The notes beneath the pieces are model-generated. The model had not been told where the DNA came from. It did no database searches and saw nothing but the letters and a program-made list of their open reading frames with translations. The position numbers and the translations under genes are program-made. DNA of 64,000 nucleotides from Narcine bancroftii (Eukaryota), in NCBI RefSeq assembly GCF_036971445.1, contig NC_091471.1, forward strand, positions 255,502,001 to 255,566,000, written 5' to 3'. Below, piece by piece: positions 36,770 through 50,190 of this stretch (position 1 is the first letter of the stretch; every line of letters starts with the position of its first letter).

Positions 36770-37501
36770 CAGTGACAGATTAACCATTCGACTGAGTAGG
36801 CCTTAAGCCTAGAAGTCTGGAAGGGAGGGGAGCTCTAGAGCAATAAAGAATGTTTAATTGAGTGTACACGTGAATATTTTGGATGATATCTCAGTACTTT
36901 TGCATAACATTTCAGGTCAAAAGAATTCTAGAGCAAGATATCCCTGATCCTGCCCAGGAACTCGACGACCCTGCTCCTGCCAGGAGACCAAGGTTCCCAC
37001 TCCTGCCTAGGTGCCTGAGATCCCCATTCCTGCCCAGTAGCCGATCAGAATTATTCAATACGGATGGCACCACACCCGATGTTGAGGATGGAGTCGACGA
37101 TGCTGAAGACTTGGACCCAGCTCCGTTTGGCATCTTCTCAGCCAGAAGCCAAGGTTTTTTCTTTAATGTTATTGTGGTCACCTGTTTGGTTAATTTACAG
37201 ATTTGTTACTTGGCTATTGGGGTGATGTAACAAAGTTTGGGTTTTGCTGGGAGGCCCAGACACCGTGCATATGATATATAGTTTCCCTCACTAACGCATA
37301 TGGAAACTCAGATCCACTTCATTATTTGTACATGCCTGGGAGTCTACGAGGGATCAAGGATTCCATGAAGGGGGTCAATGGTCTAAAAGGTTTGAGGACT
37401 CCTGCTTTATTCTATTCAACAAAGGGTGGGGCAGGGGCAAGGTAAGGGGATCCTTACTAAAGCTCAGCCTAGGGTCCCGGATGGTAGTTAATCCACCATT
37501 G
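36770..37501. mobile_element. Longer, older copy of the hAT MITE at 24061
   Basis: TIR cagtgacagattaacca / tagttaatccaccattg; shared subterminal tttattctattcaac...aaagctcagcctagg; decayed TSD gtcagaag/gttggagg. Confidence 0.78.
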
Positions 37502-38544
37502 GTTGGAGGGAAGTAGTGGTGGACAGTGACATGTTGGAGGGGAGGAGGAATTAGAGTAAAAACAAAATTTGTTAAAGGGCAAAAAGAGAAAATGTAAAGA
37601 GAATAAGAAATGTAAAGAAACAGAGTGACTTATTGGAGGTCCACAAGATTCTGAGAGGCAAAGATAGAGTGGGCAGGCAGCACCTGTCAGGATCAGCAAA
37701 CACCAAAGAACATGTGTACAAAGTGAGGGGAGGGAAGTTTAGGGGAGACATCAGTGGTGAGTTTTTTTATGTAGAGAGTCGTGGGTGACTGGAATGCCTT
37801 GCCGGTTTTGGTGGTGGAGGCTGGAACATTTGGGGCATTTAAGAGATGAAAGGAAAATAGAGTTTTGGTAGGGATGGTTTAGTACATTTTTTTGGCAGGG
37901 ACTATATGGGTCAGTACAATATCGAGGGCTGAAGGGCCTGCACTTGTGTTGCATTGTTCTATGTTCTATGACACAACATATTCAAGCAGTAATGTTTCAT
38001 ATTTTCTTGTTTTAGACAGCATTAACTTCTATTTAAAATTAACACATGTAGTCTTTCCCTTACTGACCATAGATGGCAGATTACTTTCCTTCTGGCGAAT
38101 GCAGACCAAATGCAGATTGCAGGGAGGACGTAAAAGCTCCACACAGACAGCGCTGGAGGTCAGCATTGCACCCTGGTCAGCTGTCAGATCTGCAGCATCT
38201 GCTGAGTGTTCTCTTTGTAGTGGAGAGGGGGGGGAGGGGTGTGGGGGGAGAGGTGGGTGGGCAAAGGTACTCAGGGAGATGGAGAGACCACGGAGACTGT
38301 GTGGAGTCATATCGCTCATCACCCTTCCTCCCCTGTACAACTGATCTTCCTCTTCCTCATCCTTTTGCTTCCCTTGTTCAACCCAGTTCTGGCATTTGAT
38401 ATATATTTTTTAATTTAAATTCTAAATAGAAAAAAATCTGGCAGTTCATCAGGTATTCAGGACGGGTGAGGGGCTAAAGAATATCTCCTCCACAATCTGC
38501 ATCAGTACCCGAACACCACAGGGCTGCTTTCTTAGCCCCCTGCT

Positions 38545-39480
38545 CTTGACTGTGTGGCTTGGTACGATAGCACGACCATCTACTAATTTGCTGATGACAC
38601 CGTGGTAGTGGGCTGTATAAAAAGACACAATAGGTCAGTGTACAGGAGGGAGATTGAAAACTTGGCTGAATAGCGCAGCAACGAAAACCTCGCATTCAAA
38701 GTCACCAAATCAAGGAGCTGATTGTTGACTTCAAGAAGGGAAAACCAGGGGTGTACGGTTCAGTGATCATCGGGGGGTTCAGAGATGGAGATGGTGAGCT
38801 AATTTAAGTTTTTGGGAGTCACTATCTTGGAGGATCTTTCCTGGACCCAACACACTAATGGCATCATGAAGAAAGCACGACGCCTCTACTTCCTTGAGTT
38901 TTTTGGCGTAACATCAGAGACCCTGGCAAGTTTCTACAGAGTTGTGGTGGAAAGTGTGCTGACCGGCTGCATCACGCTCTCGTATGGGGACACCAATACC
39001 TCTGAGCATAAAACTCTGCAAAAGGAAGGGATCACACTACATATCAGTCAAAACCCTCCCCACCCTTGAGAACATCCACGGGGAACGCAGCTGTTAGAGA
39101 GCAGAGGCAATTATCAAGGACCCACACCCCCCCCAACACACGCTCAGTTCTCACTGCTGCCCTCAGGAAAGAGGTGTAGGGGCCACAAGACTCGACCCCA
39201 CCAGGTTCAGGAACAGCTGCTACCCCTCCACCATCAGACTCCTCACCGACAAACTCAGAGACTCTTTTAAGGACTCTTACTTGTGCACTTAATCGATTTG
39301 GTACTCTCTGTATTGCACAGTCAGTTTGTTTACATTTCTTTATTTGTTTACATGTGTACATGGTGTACACTTATTTTTGCACTACCAATAAGTGGCAATT
39401 CTGCCTTGCCTGCAGGAAATAGAATCTCAGGGTTGTATGTGATGTTGTGTATGTAAATCTGACAATTAACGTGAAATCTG
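38545..39480 (+). mobile_element. L2/Rex1-Babar-type LINE 3' portion
   Basis: tttgctgatgacac (FADDT), LGVTILEDLSW..KKARRLYFL..ESVLTGCI, 3' UTR. Confidence 0.85.
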
Positions 39481-40561
39481 AAAATCAACAATCGAAAGGC
39501 CTTTTTCTCACAATACGAACTCAAAAACAAGTCACAGCTTCTGAAACACAGAAGAAATAGAGACGGGTAGGGACTACAGAGACAGGAGAGGGAGAAAGTG
39601 GTTGAGAGAATATATGTTCCTGGAGCCATCCACTTTAAATGCAGCTTGCCCTGACATTACCACCTGACTGAATGAATGAGCTAGGTGATATGAATTGTAA
39701 TTATCACTCCTCCATCATCAGGCAGAATACGTAAAAAAAACCCAAGAAATACTAATCAGAGCACCTCGTCTCTTGGTAGCAAGGTAATTGGAAATTCTCA
39801 TAGATTCAAATGTATCACTGCCTAAAACCCTGTTTGTTCTGGGGCCTTTACATTACATCTGACCTTTTCTGTGTTTTCTCTGTACTGACTACATACAGCA
39901 TTAGAAAATAATTATTGGAACTGTTCAGAGCAATTTTCTGAGCCACCTTCTCTTCTTTTAAGTGCCATTGCCCGTATCTCTGGAGGACTGCCTGTTACCT
40001 CCTGAATGAATCACATCCTAAGCATTAGTTTGCTGATATTGCAAATTAGATGGGCGTAGATCCAGTGTTGTTTCACAGCACAGGTTGAACACAGGGTTCC
40101 AGATGGGGATTTTTGCCTTGCTCTTCAAGTTACTTTTTGTTTCTTCTTCGGCGGGCCCGCGGAGTTGAGGATGGCTTCCTTCCACTCCGGTTCTGGGTGG
40201 GCGGTTATGGGCTGAGTGGGAGAATTGATCAACCATTGATGGAATGGTAGAGGGCTGAATTGCCTACTTCTATTCCACTAGCTATTGGTAACAACCTGGT
40301 CATAAATTCTTTCAAATGTGGGAGCGACCACATATCAGGGTGTGGACAGAGAGAGGTCTTAATCTAATGGTTAAGAGATCCAGCACAATTGNNNNNNNNN
40401 NNNNNNNNNNNNNNNNNNNNNNNNNNNNNNNNNNNNNNNNNNNNNNNNNNNNNNNNNNNNNNNNNNNNNNNNNNNNNNNNNNNNNNNNNNNNNNNNNNNN
40501 NNNNNNNNNNNNNNNNNNNNNNNNNNNNNNNNNNNNNNNNNNNNNNNNNNNNNNNNNNNNN

Positions 40562-41174
40562 CACACAACACATACCCACATCCACCCACCACACATATAC
40601 ACACGTACCCACACACATACCCACATCCACACACACACACCACACACTCACAACCCCCTCACACACAACACATACGCACATCCACCCACCACACATATAC
40701 ACACGTACCCACACACATACCCACATCCACACATACACACACACACCACACACTCACAACCCCTTCACACACAACACATACCCACATCCACCCACCACAC
40801 ATATACACACGTACCCACACACATACCCACATCCACACATACACACACACACCACACACTCACAACCCCCTCACACACAACACATACCCACATCCACCCA
40901 CCACACATATACACACGTACCCACACACATACCCACACCCACCACACATATACACACGTATCCACACACATACCCACATCCACACACACACACTACACAA
41001 AAACACACACATAAACACACACACACTCACATACACACACATGCATACACACACATACACAAACACACCACACAGCCACCCACACACACACACACTCACA
41101 ACCCCCTCACACACAACACATACCCACATCCACCCACCACACATATACACACGTACCCACATACATACCCACAT

Positions 41175-41255
<81 letters not shown>
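40562..41255. repeat. Complex (CA)n satellite with ~105-110-bp higher-order unit
   Basis: cacacaacacatacccacatccacccaccacacatatacacacgtaccc repeated; ends in pure (CA)n. Confidence 0.95.
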
Positions 41256-41260
<5 letters not shown>

Positions 41261-43909
41261 GTAGATCAAATGAGGTACTGTTTATTGTCAGGTAATAAAT
41301 CAGAAATGAAAAATTACACAAAATTGCTTTTGGTCTTTCATAAGATTAATCTGCATTCACTTCCACAAATGTACAAATGAACACACGTGCAAAAGCACAC
41401 TCAAGGATGCAACATAGATTATATGCAGACCTGCCAATAGATGCAAATTCACATGCAAACACAGGCATTCATATGCTCCAAAACATACACACACTTAAAC
41501 ATGAACATCCAGCTATGTGAATATACACAAATACACACATACAGACACAGGCACACACACATTCAATCTCCAACACTGATGCTAGGAGACCACAATCAAC
41601 TGAGCAAAGAGCATTTATTCCGTTGGAACTGTTCACTTTCATTTTAACACTTCCTCCAGATTTCTCTCTTTAGCTGCTCTCCAAATCATATTCAGTCACT
41701 TGTTTCGTTATTCTTTCACAAATAATGATCCAAATCTTCAATTAAGTGTAACTTCCTTTCGAGTAAGTCAGTCTCATGCATTTGTAATTATAAATATGAA
41801 TAAAGATTCTGATACTGTCTATTCTCTGTCAAACGGAAAAACTTTCAGTAAAAAAAAAAACTCTGTTCTTTGCTTTAACCCTTTGGACTCTGGTCATTTT
41901 AACCTTTCATAATATACGCTCCCCACTTGGTCCATTTTAACCTTTCATACACTCCCCACTTGGTCCAGGGGTAACACCAGTACAAACCAGCTGATTGTTG
42001 GGTATAAATCCAGTCCCAGGAAACAGGGAGACAGAGTAGTTTAGTTGAGAAAGTGTCAGCTTTGGTGGGTTCAAGGAGAAATGAATCTGGACACAAGGGT
42101 TTGCAATCAAATGTACCTTTATTAATACAACAATTAATAAGAGAGACAATTTATAAGGGAGAGTGAGAACTGATCATAAACGTGGGAGAACGTTAAACTG
42201 TATACAATTATTAATTCTCACAGACAATGCAGACATTCACACACCATCAATAATTCATAAAGTCTGAGTAGTGAAACAATCAGGCTTTTAATAGCTAAAG
42301 ACTGGAACACTATTAAACAACCATCCACCTCCTGACAGCCTGACGAATGGCCCCATCCAGTTTAGAGATCAGGAGAAAGACAAGGTGTGGAATAATTCAG
42401 TTTAGGCTTTGTGCAGAAACAATATTTCCATTTATTTCTCTCAATAACAATCAATCCAGGATCCAGATAAACATTAAGCAATTGTGTTCATAAAATTCTT
42501 TGCATTTAATGATAGGTTTTTAATTTCTTTTAGATTTTTTTACATTTTAAGAACAGAATCTTCTGTCTGCCAATGGTGAGAACTCAGGGAAGATATACAT
42601 ATGGAAGCAAATCCCAGGAAGGTTGAAGAGCATTAGATTTTATATTTACAGAAACAGGCCATTTCAGTCCATGAGTCAGTGCCATCCTATTTACACCCCA
42701 TTAACCTACACTCCTACTATGATTTGCACGGTGGGAGGAAACCCATGCAGACACGGGAAGAACATACAAACTTCTTACAGACAGTGTAGGATTCTAACCC
42801 AAGTCAGCCCTGATCGTTAGTGCTGTAATGGCATTGTGCTGCCCTGCCCCAAATGTGTCACCCCAATACCACAGAGTTATGGTAATGGGTGATTTTAACC
42901 TCCTTGGGTCCTAGATTGGGCAGAATTGATGAAGGTCATTGGGGAGAATGTTAGAGACAATATTTAAATACTCCTACTGGAAATAAGGCAAGGGAGGACC
43001 CTATATTAGGTTGTAGGGGGAACACATTGGGAACAACGATCATAGATTTGTTACTTCAGTTGCCAATTTCCACTCTGCTATCTCCATCAGATGGCTTATC
43101 TCTGACTTCACCTCAAGGAATGGTCTGGCCATCATCTTGCTTTAACCCATATTTACTCGCTCAACAACCTCACAATCCTTCCTCCTGTAACAAGCCCACT
43201 CAATTGCTCTGCCCCCTGCACATTTCCAAAGGTGATGAGACTTTTTGCCAGTGGAGCTCACCCATAATGGTCATTCTGGAGGGCCTCCCTTCCTCCTGAA
43301 CTTTGGCTTTGTCTCTACACAGTGGACAAACCCTTGACCACATCTCAACTCATTTCCTCTCCTCTTTCTCTCCTCCTTCTCCTCCTGGACAGATTTCCTG
43401 TGGTCCTTCCACCCCAACAGGCCTTTGCATTCAACAGGTCACCCTTCACAATTTGTACCAGCTCGAAGAAGATTCCACCATTGCCTGTGCATCCTCCACT
43501 TGCAACTTTTTGATGAAAATGGGTTTATTTACTGTCAAACACATAGCGCATATATACATGTGTAATAGTCAATACCATGTAAAAGTTGCCCCCACCCTAT
43601 TTTCGCCCTGGCCTCCCACCCACTGGAGCACTCAATTCTCGCCAAAGCCCCGGCCACCTGCCCTCTGGACTCCTGATGCCCCGATGGCTGAACCCTTGTT
43701 TCAGCTGGTCGCCTGCTCATTTGAGCTTCCAACACCCCAACCACTGACTCTTGTGTTGGCAGGCCGCCCATCTTAGCGCCTGACATCTGAATGACACAGG
43801 TACTTACCACGGTCAAGGGTAGCATTCACGTAATAGTGGACCCCCTTAATAATTGTTCCAGGAAATTCAGCATGTGAATAGAGAATGCACAAACGCACTG
43901 AAATTCTTG

Positions 43910-44140
43910 GGCGGCACGGTTGGCGAGGTGGTTAGTGCAGTATCTTTACAGCACCAGCGATCGGGACTGGACCAGGGTTTGAGTCCTGTGCTGTCTGTAA
44001 GGAGTTTGTCCGTTCTCCCCGTGTCTGTGTGGGTTTCCTCCGGGGAACCTAGTTTCCTCCCACCATCCAAAACGTACCGTGGGTGCACGTGAATGGGGTG
44101 TAAATTGGGCGGCACAAGCTCATGGGTTGTATGTTTAAAT
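43910..44140 (+). mobile_element. V-SINE (HE1-like); further copies near 7490-7640, 23905-24520, 34765-34920, 42640-42845, 45512-45778, 47615-47875 and 50765-51003
   Basis: ggcacggttggcg..ggttagtgc head; ctgtaaggagtttg..gttctccccgtgtctgtgtgggtttcctcc V-domain. Confidence 0.85.
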
Positions 44141-47139
44141 TAAAAGAATTTGTTTTTAAATTAAAAACATGCTGCCACCAGAAGAAACAGTTCCAATAAT
44201 ATCCATTAAATTACTCTTTTCACAATCACAGTCAGTGCAAGAAAACTCTCACATCAGCTCGAACAACGCCGCCATTTTCCAGACCAGTGAGGCTCAGAAC
44301 TGAGATCCATTTTAATCAATACATCTGCTACAGAACTTGACCCCCCCACATTTACTGACAAAGAACAGAAATATTGTGCTGACGAGACGGCCACCCAGCC
44401 CTTCAAGCCTCCTGCACCCATCATTGAGCCCACGGCTAACCTTCCATCTCAGTTTCATATTTTTCTTCTCCATGTCCTTTACAACCGGAAAGCCCGTAGA
44501 CGTTGGGGGTCAAGAGCAACCCACCAGCGGGCTGGAGGAACTCAGCAGCATCTGCGGGATGCGAAGGGTAACTAACCATTCAAGGCCTGGGCGGAATATT
44601 ACTCACCCTTTTACCTCCGACGGATGATTCGCGTCTGGCTAAATTTCCCCAAATCCTTTAGTTCTCTGATCTCCACGTTGAAGGAAATCACCGGCTGAGT
44701 AGCCTTCTGGAGGAGAGAGAATTCTAAAGGTTCACACTCTCTGAGTGGGGAGGTGCCTTCCCACCTCACCCCTAAACAGTGTGCCCCTTACTTTGGGACC
44801 TGCCCCATGGCACCAGACTCCTGGGCAAGGGAAAGCATCCAGCTCGTTAAACCCTGCAAGGATTCTGTGAGTTGCTGAGAGAACACCTCTCGTTCTTCAA
44901 GAGCTTGGATCCGTACCACTTGGACAGTGAGTTTATTTGTTGGGCCTCGCGCCACTTTCCTCTGCATTTGATGAGCCAATCCAACCATCTGGTGTCAACA
45001 CCAGAAGACTTCACAATGCAGCAATTTATCTTGCCTCAGTCATGTTGGGCACAGACTTTTGAATAAATTTGTGTTATTTAACAAGCCCTCATCTGCATAA
45101 TTTATTCAGTGGTGGGGACTGGGTCTAATTTCCTGTTCAGCTGAGTTCTCATAATGCTTATTAAAATGTATAATAATTTGCCAAGGGACTGGTCAGAAGT
45201 TTTAACAACTGTGAGTCACCAGCCTGAACAAGGTATAAATATATTTTGATCCTTTTTTTTAATGTTTCTTGCGAAGCTCATCAACAAACATGGAAGAATT
45301 GATCAGTTTAATTTGTTGGCTCCCTCTACTCTCTGTTGAACCTGCCCGTGTTGAGAGGAGGCATGCAGAGGTTGGCCCCTGAGCCAACCTGATCCGCACA
45401 TGCACCTGGGCCAGGTGTCACGACGTTGCCTGACCCTCAAACGTCACTGTACCCACAGGAAGAAAGGAAGACCTCCACTACTCTGGATGTTACTACGGGA
45501 CAAATCTTTGGATGGCGCGGTTGGTCTAGCAGTTAGAGCAACGCTTTTACAGAGACAACAATTGAGACCGGGGTTCGAATCTCCTCACTGTCTGTGAGGA
45601 GTTTGTGCATCCTCCCTGTGTATGTGTGGGTTTTCCCTGGGGGCTCTGGTTTCCTCCCATCGTTCGCAACACACTGGGGCTTGTAGGTCATTTGGGCAGT
45701 AATTGGGCAGCATGGACTGGTGGGCCAAAAGGGCCTGTTACTGTGGTGTATGTCTGAATTTAAAAATGTTAATTTAAACCTACCCACAGCGTGAGGGGGC
45801 ACGAAACACCCTACAGGATACCCACGTGCACATTGGCAAGGCGTCACTGACCTCTCGCTGCTGTCAAATTTCACTGCACCTTTAAGAACAGAGGCCTCAG
45901 GACATCATAGCAGAACAAATCTTAACCTCCCTCCGGAGAGGCTATTCGGCTCTTTGTGTCTGCGATAATCACTGCCTCCTCCCCTCTGTGGTGAGGAGCA
46001 AGTCCAAAGAGTTCAAATTACGACAGCCCTGGACACGTGGTCGTATAAAACTTTATTCACAATGAGGAACAAATATGCCACCAGTATGCACACGAGAGTA
46101 CTATCAGACAACCTTTAATTACAAACAACTACAGAGGGTTAAAACAAACAATACCTTCCCCCCACCCCACCCCCCATCCTCCAACAATCAGGCACAACAC
46201 TCAACCTGTTATCGGAAAAATATGCCTTCTGAAACAAGTTTAGCAGAGCTAAGACTTTTCTCCAAGGAGCGATGTAGGATGAGATGACTAGATCCTGAAA
46301 GGCACAGAGAAGGTAGATGGCCAGCAACCTTACTTCAGGGTGAGAGTAGCCTTGCCAGTGGTGGTGGTAGAGACTGGAACATTAGGGGTGTTTAAGAAAC
46401 TCTGAGACTGGCACATGGATGAAAGAAAAAATAGAGGGTGATGAGGTGGGAAGGGTTTTGTAATTTTTTTTGGGTTGGCACGACAACAACATCAAGGGCC
46501 GAGAGGCCTGTACTGTGCTGTGGTGTTCTGTGTTTTACGATCTAATTACAAATTAGATCAAATGATGCATGATGGTTCCCTTTGTGAGAGCCCCAACCCA
46601 TCGACCCTCTTTCCAAAGGGGACAAAGCAGAAAGCTGGAGCACACGGTCAGGTTTTAGCCATGTGGCTTACCCATGTGACTCTAGCTGACCAATTGTAAG
46701 GTGGTGTCGACTGTGGGTGGCCCTGACACGGGGACAGTGATCTTCGACCTCTTTACCCATCTGACGAGTAAGTGGACCCTCTGTCTTTCAACATCCTATC
46801 ACATGTGCTCTCACCATCTCATTCCCTTCGTTTCTCTGTCTCTGTCACGTCTGTTCTTACATAGAACACCCCATCACATTACAGGCCCTTCAGCCCATGG
46901 TGTTGTGCCAACCTATGTAAACCTACTCCACAACAATCCTTATCAACCTTCCCTACCTCATAGCCATCATCCTCTATTTTTCTTATATCTAAGTGCCTGT
47001 CAAAGAGTCTTTTAAATGTCCCCAATGTACCAGCCTCCACCCTCACCCCTGACAATGCATTCCCAGCACCCATTACTCTCTCTGTTTAAAACTATTATTT
47101 CTGACATCTGCCCTAAACTTTTGTCAACTTATGTTAAAC

Positions 47140-47497
47140 CAATGGTCCTCAACCTTTTCCACTCACATCCCACTTTAAGTAATCCCTGTGCTATTGGTGC
47201 TCTGTGATTAGTAAGGGATTGTTTAAGGTGGGATGTAAGTGGAAAGAAAAAAGTTGAAAACCACTGTTTTAATTGTACCTAATTGACTCGTTATGTACAC
47301 GCCAAAGGAAATGGGCCATTGACCATTTTTCTCAAGCAAAATATTTCTGTAACAATCGGGTCTAGAGCAGTGATTCTCAACCTTCCCTTCCCACTCACAT
47401 CCCACCTAAAGAATCCCTTACTAATCACAGAGCACCGATGGCATAGGGATTCCTTAAAGTGGGATCTGAGTGGACAGAAAAAGGTTGAGAACCACTG
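47140..47497. mobile_element. Composite hAT/Charlie-type MITE (two ~130-bp units plus ~100-bp spacer) inserted in a CR1 remnant
   Basis: CAGTGGTTCTCAACC-type TIRs on both units; 8-bp TSD tgttaaac/cgttaaac at 47132-47139 and 47498-47505. Confidence 0.88.
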
Positions 47498-48789
47498 CGT
47501 TAAACAGATGTCCTCTGGTATTTGCTAAGAAAAGGTACTGGTTGTCTGCCCTATCGAAGCCTCTTATATACCTTGAACTTCTTAAGCTGGGATTTTTCAC
47601 TCTTGGACATTTAATTTTTTTTTAAATTTAAACTTAGACATACAGTACAGTAACAGGACCTTTCGGCTCATGAGTCCGTGCCCTCCAATTTACACCCAAT
47701 TAACCTACACTCATGGAACGTTTTCAATGGCGGGAGGAAACTGGAGCCCCCGTGGAAATCCCACGCAGACACAGGGAGAACGTACAAACTCCTTATTGAC
47801 AACGCGGGATTTAAATCCTGGTCTCGATCGCTGGTGCTGTAAAGGTGTTGCCCTCACCACTTCGCCAGTTGTGCTGCCTGAAATGTCTGAAATCTGAAAT
47901 GTCTTTCTTTCTCAAAAAACGTGGCTTCCCCATCAACTCTCACATTTGTGGCTGGAGAACTCAGCCCTGTTTTTCGTTTCCAGCACACATTTGTCCACTT
48001 CCCTTCTCTATTCCCTTGGTCCTCACTTTTCTCCACTAGCACATCATTCTGCAGCATTCCCACCAGCTACAACATGACCCTGCCAGCAGCCAAGTCTCCC
48101 CGTTCCCTCTCCTCTCCATTCTGCAAGGACCGACTCCCTCCATGACTCCAGTTTGTGCATACCTCTCCATCCCTTCCAATTGTAGCAGACTCACCCCTTC
48201 CCCAACACATCCTCCGCCTCACCCCTATCTGGTGCACCTCCACCTACTACATGCAGTGCTCTTGATGTATCCTCCTCAAGGTCGGTGACACCAGCCACGG
48301 ACGAGGAGGTTTTAAACTGCAGCCCCCAGGTGGCCCTCCAGGGACCCAAGTTCAATTAGTGGGGCAAAGTTTCCTCCAACACCTTTTAAGCTGAGGGGGG
48401 ATGGACCCAGTAAATCGCCAACCCGGTGATTTAATAGGGATCCCGCCCCCACGATGATGCTTCACACAAGCTAGTCTCCCCCATTCCCTTGCCCACCAGG
48501 TGTCAGTCTCCCTCCCATCATCAAACGGGCTCCATTTTACAAGGCAATTTGAAAGTACCTACTGGGAGAATGCTGCATTGAGCACCTCCAGCCCATTGGC
48601 AATGGCCACCAGAAGCTCCCAAATGCAAGGTCTTTCGATTCCCCTTCCCATTCCCACGCTGATTTGTCTGCAATACTGAGAATAAGTTCTCAAATGTTGA
48701 TTGGAGGAGAGGAACTAACTTCATTCCTTTCCTTTGTTTTTCAATTCAATAAGGCTGGGGCTGATAAGGAACTCATTTGGCAAAAGCAA

Positions 48790-49090
48790 AACACAACAGT
48801 CTGCAGACACCGTGGTTGAAGTTACAATACAACGCTGGAGAAACTCAGCTGGTCAAACAGTGTCCTTTAAATAGCAAAGGTTCAGATACAGAACTGACGT
48901 TTCTGGCTTGAGCCCTTCACCAAGGTTTGGAAAAATACCCTGATGGGCTCAACCCTGAAACATTGGTTCTGTATTTTTAACCATTGCTATTATAAAGGAC
49001 ACTGCTATGTTTCTTCTGCGTTGTATTTTCATTTATTTGGCAAAGCAGTTAAAGTCTGTTCTGCATCTGCAGACGTTTCTGTTTCACTCG
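48790..49090. mobile_element. Head-to-head inverted pair of Penelope terminal repeats
   Basis: 48858-48926 is the imperfect reverse complement of 48937-49004 with a 10-nt spacer. Confidence 0.8.
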
Positions 49091-49173
49091 TAGGCTGAGA
49101 CCACCCTCAAATTGGAGGAAGAACACCTCATCTTCTGTCTGGGCATCCTTCAACCAGATGACTTTAACATTAA

Positions 49174-50190
49174 TAGCCCCTTTCACACTAGTGTCCCACT
49201 AAAATCGGCCATTCAGTGACCCAGGGTTGGAATGAGGGTTTGGCTTTTCACACTTGACCACTCCAGACTGGGGCACTGAATGCTTTCATGCTTGCAAGGA
49301 GCCATCCTCGGGGTGAGCACTGTTCTACCTTCTACTGGTGATGTCATGATGCATCAAGCAATGGTGGACCTCCCCTAAATCCGCATCAATGTATTATGTG
49401 TATTTGAACAAAATTAATCATGCCTAATTATAACATAATTAAGCTTTATGTACAGCACAGTATGAGCCCTTCAGTCCCTGTGCCGACCTATATAAACCTT
49501 TATAAGGGACCATGAGCAATAAATAGCAATAACAGACAATTATTTATCAGGGTGGGAAAATTGTAGCGGTATCATATCCTATTTAAACAGCATTATAAAA
49601 TTTGAGACTCTATAGCTTACAATTTATAAATACCATGGGTAAAAGTGATGGCGGACCTGCTTTCCCAGAGTTCCGTGTGGCAGAGAAAGGGCTATATGTG
49701 TGGCTGCATGCACCGAGCATTCATGGAGGGGTTTCTCTGCCACACAACATTCTGGGAAGTCAGATCCACCATTGCTTTTACCCCACAGTCTTGATAAATT
49801 GTGCACCATAGTGTTACCAATTTTCCCAAGCTGTTTAAAAATTGTCCACCGTTACTATTTATTGCCATTTATTTCCCCCCTCTCTCTCTCTCTCTCTCTC
49901 CCCCACTGTGACTTTCCCACGCCAAAGTTTATACCTTCACTTTAATCTTTTCCTCCTTCACATTCCTGCACTGATGCAACGGCTTGGGGCATTTCAATCC
50001 CACAATGCAATTGCCCATTTTGCACTTGCCTGATTGCAACGCTGGAATCTACAGACACCAGGGATTGTACTAGGGGTCGAGGCCGTCAATCCTCAGTGTG
50101 AGATGACATCATCTGACACCGGCATTGAGCTGAATTTGCTTTCACACTAGGCACTTTAAAGGCCATTAATTCCTGAGATTACCTTGCAAG
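49174..50190. mobile_element. Probable PIF/Harbinger-type non-autonomous element (one end lost) inside a Penelope remnant
   Basis: Begins taa|tagcccctttcacact, with repeated ctttcacact motifs; Penelope sequence resumes at ~50191; no second TIR seen. Confidence 0.45.

Noticed and set aside
45512-45590. tRNA-like sequence with intact GGTTCGAATC B-box
   Set aside because: Head of a V-SINE; followed by the V-domain and has no complete cloverleaf.
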